Below are positions 47,021 through 56,047 of a DNA stretch of 64,000 nucleotides, in pieces. The stretch's first letter is position 1; each line of letters begins with the position of its first letter. The notes under the pieces were generated by a model, which made no database searches, was not told where the DNA came from, and worked only from the letters and a program-made list of their open reading frames with translations. The position numbers and the translations under genes were made by a program. The DNA lies in the NCBI GenBank assembly GCA_014905635.1, contig CM026547.1:3658001-3722000 (forward strand), written 5' to 3'. Source of the stretch: Scenedesmus sp. PABB004 (taxonomy: Eukaryota).

Positions 47021-47617
47021 GGCCGCGCCCGCCTCTCCGGCCGCCGAGCTCGGCGGCCGCACATAAAAGAATCAATCAACGGAGCGCCGCCCCGCGCGGG
47101 TGGCGCGGTGCCGCCGCGCCGGTCCACCACACGACGCGCGCTGGCGTCATGCGCGCTGGCCACCACACTCCAGCGCCGCCCACGGAGGCCGCGCTGCACA
47201 CATGCTGCAAAAACAACTGGCGCCCTGGTGGTTACGGGCCAAGTGCTGCCCGCTGGTCAAGGCAGGCGGCGGCATGCGGCCGGCGCGAGCAGCCGCCTCG
47301 GCGTTGCCGCCAGGGGCCCACATGCTCCGCGCGGCCGCTCTGCCGCGCTGCACCCCCCCCCCTGCAGAGATGCTCACGCGTGCACGGATGCGTGCAGTGT
47401 TAAGCGTGTGCCATGGTGGCGTGCCGCGTGCGGTGCTCTGTGCTATGCGTCGGGCGTGATGCGCCCCCCTACCTGCATCGATGACGCTGCAACATGTGTG
47501 CCGGCGGCCACGCCGGCCGCGCGGCACGCCGCTGATCACGCGCGTGCGTGAGTTGAGTTTGGGCGCTCCGGTACGGGCGCTGCCGTGTGCACGTGCGTGT
47601 GCATGTGCGCCGCGCAC

Positions 47618-50600
47618 TCACTCCCACGCGACGGGCACGTCGAGCGCGCTCACGGCGATGGTGCCCTTGACGCCCACGGCCTTGCCGTCGGCCGTGATCG
47701 CGCTCACCAGCGAGCTGCTGCCGGGCGCGCCGGCGGCCTCGGCGGGCAGCTCCGCGCGCGCGACGCCGTCGGCGCCGGTCACCGCGCGCACGGTCGCGGA
47801 CGGCGCGCCGTCCGCAGAGGCGCTGACGGCAAACTCCACCTCGGCGCCGGCCACGGGCTCGCCCGCGCGCATGAAGGTCGCGGCCACGGGCAGCGGCGCG
47901 CCCGCGGGCGCGGAGGGCGGCGCGGCCACGGACAGCGCGTCGACGCTGCCGGCGGCGACGACCGCGGCGGGCGAGGCGCCGCCGCCGCTGAAGGGGCTCG
48001 CCATGGCCAGGGCGGCGAGGGACTTGGTGCCAGGGACGCACATCCAGAAATAGGGATTGTCGCGCTTGCAGATGGTGCCAGCCGCGCAGCACGAGCCCTG
48101 CGCCGCGGCGTGCGCGCGCGGTGGCGAGGTGAGTGCTCGCCGGCGGCCAGGCGGGCGGGCGGGCGGCGGCTGCGGCGGAGCCCGGCGGCGGCGGCGGGGG
48201 CGGCTCACCGCCCAGGGCGCGTCGGTGCACGAGCCGCCAGGGCAAGCGGGGTCGATGCCGCCGCACTTCTGCCACGCGGCCACGGGCTTGCAGCCGCCGC
48301 CGCCTCCGCCGCCGCCGTTGGACGGGGGCGACGGGGTGGGCGCGGGCGCGGGGGTGGGAGGGGGTTGGGCGCGGGGGTGGGCGCGGGGTTGGGCGCGTTG
48401 CCGCCGCCGCCGCACGCGGAGAGCGCGCCCTGGCGAGCAAACTGGACGAGGCCCGCCGCGGCGCCGGTGAAGCCAGCGTTGTAGTCAAACGCGACCTCGC
48501 TCTGCCGGTAGTCGTTGCGGATGTCGGGGTAGTTGTCCGACTGGTCGGGCCCGCCCACGAGCCCGCCGCGCAGCACGATCTGCGCCGGGTGGCTGGCCAT
48601 GAAGTTGGACTCGTCGCAGCAGCCGCCGGGGCCAGTGCCTGCGCGTGCGTGCGGGGTTGTGCGTGCGAGGTCGTGTGAGCGAGCCGTGTGAACGAGCTGT
48701 GGTGGACGCCGCGGCGTGTTGGTCAGCGCAGCGGCTGCTGCGCGCGGCGCCAGGCTCACCCTGCTCGCCGGCGCAGCAGGTGCCGCCGTTGAAGGGCGTG
48801 CACGGCTCGCTGTACTTGGCGGAGCACGCGCTCTGCCTGTGGTGGGGGCGCTGGGGCTGGTTGGGGCCGTAGCCGATGAGGAAGGACCTGCCCGTGGACG
48901 CGCCGGTGATGACGCGCATCTGGGACCGCACCCAGCAGATGTGGGCCTGGCGGCTGTCGCCGTACTTGCCCATGAGCGCAGCAATGAACATCATGTTGCC
49001 TACCACCAGGCGGGCAGGGCAGGGCAGTCACGCGGGCGGGGTCAGCGCGTGAGTGACGTGGGGAGCAGGGCTGGGCGCCAGCTGCAGCTGTGCGTCGCAC
49101 GCGGCCGCGGCGGCGCGCACCGTTGTTGCGCAGCGTGCCCCAGTCGCTGTAGTAAGCCATGCCCTTGGGCGTGTAGCACACGGTGGAGTAGGAGGGCGCA
49201 GGGCACTTGTTGTTGACGTCCTGCGGGGAGGGCGGGGAGCGACGACGGCCGGCGGGGAGGCTTGTCAGGGTGCCGGTCGCACTGGGCGACACTCGTCGGC
49301 CGACCGGCCAGCGTTCAGTCTGCAGCGGCGGCGGCGCACCTCCCACTTGGCCAGGATGTAGCCCTCCAGGTAGGTCTTGGCCGCGGCGGCCTGGGGCAGG
49401 CCCAGGCTGACCGCGAGCGCGGCGGCGCCGGGCATGACGCTGTCCCAGTCGTAGCCGAGGCCGTAGCGGAGGTTGTTGACGCCCATGGCGGTGTCAAACC
49501 ACTTGCTCGCGCTGGGGCAGGCCGAGGCATCATACTTGCACATCCAGCCCGCCGCCCAGGCGAGGTGCGCGATGTAGCCGTCGGGCCAGTACGACGCGTA
49601 CGCCTGGAACACGCCCGGCGGCACCTTCCAGCTGCGGCCGCGGCGGGCGCGGCGGGCGCGGCGCGGTCGGGGCACGCCGGGCGGCGGGGCGCGGCCGCTG
49701 GCCCGGCGCGCGGGCTGTGCGCGTGCTCACGTGTTGGGGTGCGCCTCGGCAAAGGCGAAGGCCTGCTTGGCGTGCTTGTACAGCGTCGCGGCGTACGCGC
49801 CGCGGCCGACGCTCTTGAAGAGCACCGCGGCGGCCGCGTACGCGGCGGCAAACTCGCCGACCAGGTCGGCGCCGCCGGTGGTCGTGTCGGCGATGTAGAC
49901 TGGCCGCGCGTTGGTCGCGTGCTCGGGGCGGCCAAAGTACTGGTGGTCGTTCTTGCCGGACAGCTACGGCCGGGAGCGACGCGTGCGCGCGGCGCCGCGG
50001 CGGGCGGGCGGCGTTGAGCCGCCGGCGGCGCGGCTGCGGCGCGGCCGGCGGCCCGGACCAGCCCGGCACACGGCGCGGCGCGCGCGGCGCCAGCGCGTGC
50101 GTGCGCGGCCGGCGGCGCGGCGCACCTGGCCGACGAACACGTTGGCGGCGGGGTCGTCCGACGCGGTGATGTGTGCCTTGATGAGCCAGTCAGCAGCCCA
50201 CTCGATGTCGCGCAGCGCGATGTCCCACTGCCCCGCCGCCTCGTACGCGGAGCGGAACTCCAGCATGGAGAAGACCAAGTTGGCCGTGCCCCAGGCCAGC
50301 GGGTGGGAGATCTTCAGGTAGTCTGCGGCGGCGGCACAGCGGGGCGTGGGATGAGCACACACGCGGGGTGAGTGAGGTCATGCGCACGCATGCTGGCCAG
50401 CTGACGGCCAGCGGCGTGCGCGCAGCCGGCGGCTCAAGCGCGCGCACCGCCGGCGTCGTAGTAGCCGCCGGAGAGGTCCTTGCCGATGTCCTTGCCGTCG
50501 TCGAGGTGCGCGGGCTTCTTCCAGCCGCCCGGCTTGCTGTAGAGCAGCTGGTTCCACGCCGGCAGCACGCCGCTCATCTGGCCCTCGTAGAACGTGTAGG

Positions 50601-50949
50601 ACATGCCCAGGATCGAGGCGTAGTCGTCCTCCTGCGCGGCGCTCAGCCGCACGGCCTGCGGCGGCGGCCGAGCAGCGGCGGTGGCCGCACGCGGGTGAGG
50701 CGGCGGCGCGCGTCTGCGGCGCGCGGCGCGCGAGCAGGAGGTGCAGGGGCCCGGAACAACGCGTAGATCCGCGCGTGCGTGGGGGCTGTACCGCAGCCGG
50801 CGCGCGGGGGCGGCCGCTTCCCGCGCAGCGAGTCGTTGCGGCCCGCCCGACCAGCGCCGCAGCTGGCCCCGCAGTGCGCAAACGAATGCGCTCAGTCTCA
50901 CCGATACACACAGCACCAGCAGCGCCAGTGCGCTCGCGCGCGGCGCCAT
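47618..50949 (-). CDS. Secreted GH9 endoglucanase, copy A (GH9 + Pro/Thr linker + CBM1-like + Ig-like domain)
   Basis: Signal peptide; DLSGGYYDAG|DYLK; PQRPHHRQS; GGLVGGPD..YPDIRNDYRQSEVAFDYNAG. CBM1-like WQKCGG...C...NPYFWMCVP. Confidence 0.93.
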
Positions 50950-51651
50950 GGCGGGGCGGCGAGCGGGAGGCCGCGGCGCGGGCTGGCGCGTCGGGCTGGG
51001 GGCGCAGCGACCAGCTGACTGTGATCCCGCGACCCTCGGTCGGGCTGACGTTGTGCCGCTGCGATGGGAGGAGGCTGGGCGCTGCTGGTGGTGGTTGGTG
51101 GGCGTGAACCTCGAACCTTGCTGGCTCGCATGGCCGCGGCGGGATCGTTATGCTGCCTCCACGGTTCGCTTTATGGCCAGCGCCGCGCGAGAGAGTGAGA
51201 CGCGCGGGCGGCGGAGGGTCGTGACAGGCTCCGCCAGCCCGGCCCGCGCCCAGGGCGCGCGATCGCGGCTCGCGTGCCGGTGTGATGGGTTATTTAGATG
51301 GGAAAACATCGCTGGCGGGGTCATGCGTGTGGTACTTGCGCGGCCACGCCGGGGCGGCGCCGGCGACCGCGCGACAGCTCGGCGCGCGGCGGCCGGCGGG
51401 CGCAAGCTGCCTGGCCGCGGCCTGGCCCGGACACTGCGGCCGCGGCGGCCCGGAGCGGCCAGGCCGACGCGGCCGTGGCCGCGGGGGAGCGGGTGCAAGT
51501 GTTTGGGGCGTCCCCGGTCATCTCCCGACCGTCCCGCGACGCGCAAGCCTGCACGCAGCTCCCCACAAGCCGTCACCCTCCTTTCAGCGTGTTTCCGCCC
51601 GCCGCGAGGCCCCAGACGAAGAGCCCGTGCGCGCCCAGGGCCGCGCGAAGG

Positions 51652-54600
51652 ATGCCCGCGATTGCCTCGCTCCGCCAGCGGCGCAAGCGCGCGGCGCTGC
51701 TCGCAGCCCTGCTGGCTGCGCTGGTGGCTGCCGCCTGGGCGCGACCCGCGCGCGACGCGCAGGCGATCAGCGTCCTGCTCTGCGCCACGAACGACGCGAC
51801 CCCGCCCGCCAAGTACACGGCGCAGTACTACGCTGACCTGATCTACGAGCGCGGCAAGGGTGTGTGGCACTGTGGGTGACGGGAGGCGGCGACCGCCGGC
51901 GCGCGATCGAGCTCGCCGCCGCCGCTGCGCAGGTGGCCTTGCCGACTACTGGGACGCGGTGAGCTACGGCAACTACAACAACGTCGGCTCCACCGTGCGC
52001 GACTGGTCAGTCGCGGCCACAGCCCGGCGACCAGAGCGCCGCTCTGTGCGGCCAAAACCAACACTCGCGCGCCGCCGCCGGCGCTGTCGTCGCCGCCGCC
52101 AGGGTGACGATGCCCTTCACGGCCGCGCAGGAGCTGTGCCCGCAGTCGTGCATCGACGACAACCAGTGCAACAAGGCGTGCGACCTCGGCACCGCGTGGC
52201 CGGACTGCCATCGCTGCATCCGCTTCACGCGCGCGACGCACTGCGAGCAGGCGCACCAGCGCGCGGGCTACTCGGTGCCTGCCGGCTCGCTGCGCCTCTT
52301 TGTGGTGCACCCGGCGCTCGATTTCTGGGGTTCCAGTGGCTACGGCGCGTACATGGGCTTCGACCAGGTGTCGGTCACGGGCCTCGCGCACGAGCTGGGC
52401 CACGGCATCAGGCTGCAGCACTCGTTCAGCAACGACCCCAACTATCGCAACACTGACGGGGCGACACCGGGTGCGGGGCGCTGAAGGGGGGGGGGGGCGG
52501 CGGCGCTGGCCGCCGCGGTCGCGCCGGGCCGTGCCGGGCCACGCTCACGCGCGCGCCCTGCCTCGTGCGTGTGTCTGTCCGGCCCGAGCCAGGCGAGTAC
52601 GACGACCCGTGGGACATGATGAGCGCTTTCAACGTCTATACAATCAACTCCCCGCTCGGCGGGCTCGCGGGGCCGAGCCTCATCGCGTACCACATGGTGC
52701 GGCGGGGCGGCCCGCGCGCGGCGTTGCGCGCGCGGCACGGGGCGCCCGCCAGCCGCCGCCGCCGGCGCCGCCAGCCGCCCGCCGCCACCGCCGCCGCCGC
52801 CACCGCCCGCCGCCGCCGCCGCCGCCGCAGGAGCGCATGGGGTGGCTGCCCTGGCCGTACATCTACACCATGGGCGCCCGCGGCGAGACGTCCGCCAAGG
52901 TGCTGATCAAGGCGACCAACGCGTTTGCCCCGGTCAAACCTAGCTTCATGCTGCCCACGTGGAACACGCGCGGCAACGTCTTCCCGCCCGCCGGGCGCAG
53001 CGTGTGCGAGGACGGCCTTGGCGACGGCACGGTCGGGGCGGCCGCGGCGGCGCTCCCGCCTGAGTTCGCGCAGCGCCGCGCGGCCGGCACCGACGGCGCC
53101 GACTGCCCCGGCGGCTTCTGCCCGTCGAGCCACTTCGGCCGCCCTGGGCCAGACACCATCGCCGCGTCCGCAGCGGCCGCGGCCGCGCCCGCCGCCCAGC
53201 CCGCGGCACAGCCTGCTGGCGGCACCGAGCCCGACGACTACTACGTGCGTGCCCGCCCTTGGGCACGCGGCTGCGCGCGCCTCAGCGCACGGCACACCCA
53301 CTGCGCGCCGTGCGCCGTGCGCAGCTCATGGTGCGGGTGCCGTTTGATGGCAAGGACCCCAACCATTATCTCACTGTGGAGTACAGGTGCGCGGCCCCTT
53401 CACGCGCGTGCTGCACGTCGCTGCCGGGCTGCGGCAGGCACGGGCTGCGAGCGGCGCCCACGCTGGCCCGCGCGCGCGGCGTGCACACGGCGCCCGCAGG
53501 CGCAAGCAAGGCTACGACGCTGGCATTCCCGCCGACAAGCAGGTGCGCCGCGGCGCGCATGCTCTCGTCTGCGCCCCTCTGCCGCGCCCCGAGCTGCGCG
53601 CCTGCGCGGCGCCGCGCGGCGGTGCTGAGCCGCGCGCCTGCGCGGCGGGCCTCGCGTGTGCCGCCAGGTGCTCATCCACGAGATCAAGCCCCTCTACAAC
53701 GCCGCCGGCCAGTACCAATGCCACGTCGCCTATCTGCTGCGCGACCTCAAGAAGCCAGGGAAGCCGCCCGCGACCGCGTGGACGGTGACGCTCGACGGCG
53801 TGACGGTGCGCGTCAAGGTCGCGCCCGCCTCCGACCCGGACTACGCGACTGTGACCGTGAGCTCCGACTTTTCGAGGCGCTGCCAGCAGGTGCGAGTGCC
53901 CGGCCGGCCCGGGCCGGGCCACGCCGGGCCGGGCCGGGCGCGTATGCACGGCACGGCGACCCGCCGCGGCCCCGCCATGACCCGGGCGCCGCCGCTGCCG
54001 CCCCGTGTGGCCGGCCGGCCCCTGATCGCAGGGCTTTGTGTGGCGCCAGGCCTGCGCGGGGGACTACGTCTGCGTCGACCCGGCGGAGCGCGCTGCCAAC
54101 CGCGCCGCCAATGCAGCGCCCAACTTTGACGGCACACGCTGCACGCAGGGCACTTACCCGCGCCTGGTGCGCGCCGGCAGCGGCGCGCCGCACGCGCGGC
54201 CGCGTGGCAGGCCCCCAGGGCACACCGGGTGCGCGCTGATGGCTCGCGCCGGCACCCCGCCCCGCTCGCCGCCGCGCTGCGGCGCAGGCCTGCGGCGCGC
54301 TGGACGCGCGTGTGTGCGTGTCCAAGGCTGCCAAGGCACGCGTGTCAGCCGACAACGCGGCTGCGCCAGGGCGCGTCAACAACCTGGCCGCCGCAACCTA
54401 CGGGCCCAACACCTGCAAGCCCGGCTTTGTCTGGCGCCAGGCAGACGCGTTTGACTATGTTTGCGTGCTGCCTGAGAGCCGTGCCGCGGTGTGGCAAGCA
54501 AACAGCAACAGGTGCGTGCGGCCTGCAACGCTCGTGCCGGGGGGAGCCCCCCACGAGCCCTGCTGCGAGTGCGCGCGGGGGCGCCGGGGGGCCGCTCGCC

Positions 54601-54825
54601 GCGGCGCGTGGACCAGGCCGGACCCCGCCGCGGGCGCGCAGGTGGTTGAGCTTCGACCCCGCTGCCACGCCCAAGAGCGAGTACGGCGAGTTCATGTGCC
54701 GCGTTGGCCTGGTCTGGCGGGGCGCATTCTTCTACGACCTCACCTGCGTGGACGCCTCTGTCCGCACCGCGGTGACGGAGGAGAACAGCAAGTCGGAGGA
54801 GCGCCTGCTCAACGTGCTCGCCTGA
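51652..54825 (+). CDS. Secreted metzincin-type metalloprotease (M11 gametolysin/M6-like) with four C-terminal Cys-pair repeats
   Basis: Signal peptide; GLADYWDAVSYG; AHELGHGIRLQHS zinc motif; EYDDPWDMMS Met-turn; ERMGWLP; repeats CxxGFVWRQAxxxDYVCV. Confidence 0.82.
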
Positions 54826-55179
54826 GCTGAGGCGGGGCGGCGGCGCGACCGCGACGCGCCGCCTGGCCGGGGGCCCTGGGGATGAAGGGGGGGGGGGCGA
54901 TCTGGCGCCACGACTGCACTGCGCTGCGCTGTTGCGACGGCACTGCTCTGCCACGGGGTGCGGAGGAAGGGGAGGTGCGGCAGCGCCTAAAACTGGTTTG
55001 CCGCGTTGGCCGCCTCTCAAGCTGAAAAAAATTGGTTTGGGAGGGGGGGAGGCGTGTGGAGGATGCCTGACCTGGTTTTGGACATCACCCCCGCGTTTGG
55101 TCTGCGCGCGTCATCGCAACATAATACAGCCAGTGTGCGGCGGAACGGGGACGTTGCGGTCGAACATGTGTGGGTTGGG

Positions 55180-55590
55180 GTGGGTGTGGGGCGGTGGGAG
55201 GCTCGGCTCAGCCCGCTGGCGGCACAACTCTCACAGTGGCGGCAACTCTCGCGTGAAGATTGGCATGCATTGGCGGCAACCTGTGGGGGTGTGGGTGTGG
55301 GGCGGTGGGAGGCTCGGCTCAGCCCGCTGGCGGCACAACTCTCACAGTGGCGGCAACTCTCGCGTGAAGATTGGCATGCATTGGCGGCAACCTGTGGGGG
55401 TGTGGGTGTGGGGCGGTGGGAGGCTCGGCTCAGCCCGCTGGCGGCACAACTCTCACAGTGGCGGCAACTCTCGCGTGAAGATTGGCATGCATTGGCGGCA
55501 ACCTGTGGGGGTGTGGGTGTGGGGCGGTGGGAGGCTCGGCTCAGCCCGCTGGCGGCACAACTCTCACAGTGGCGGCAAATCTCGCGTGAA
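55180..55590. repeat. Tandem repeat, 111-bp unit, about 3.7 near-identical copies
   Basis: TGGGTGTGGGGCGGTGGGAG recurs at 55181, 55292, 55403 and 55514. Confidence 0.95.
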
Positions 55591-56047
55591 CTAATACGCG
55601 CGTTGCGAGTGTCTTGGTGGCGCCGCTTCCCGCGTGTGGAAAACAGCTGAACTTGCTGGTCTGGTTCTCACCGATCTGCTGCAAAATTGCCCTCTGCTGT
55701 GTGTGTGAGCTGGCATGGTGCCAGCATGGTGCCAGCATGGCTGGCCGGTGCTCGGTTTGCGTGCAGGCGCGGTGGCGTGGCGGTGGCGGTGGCGGTGGCG
55801 GTGGCGGTGCCCACACCCGGGAGCGCGAGTTGTGGTGGCGTAACTCACAATCACACGGCCACGCCGCGCGGCTGCAGCAGCAGCAGCAGCTGGTTATGCA
55901 GGCGCTCTCCCTGGGGCTCGAGTCAGGCCCCTCTTATTGATTTTTATTCCGCCTTGCCTGCCCTGCGCGGGCCCGCGCCGAGGCTGCGCGGGCGGCCTCG
56001 GCGCACATATGCGAGCGCAGCGCCCGCTCGCCGCCGTCCGGGGCTCA

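Noticed and set aside
55180..55590. Possible CRISPR array, or repeat protein from ORFs 54932-55594 and 55006-55650
   Set aside because: The units are fully repeated with no unique spacers and no cas genes. The ORFs follow from the unit length being a multiple of 3 and lack host-like codon bias.
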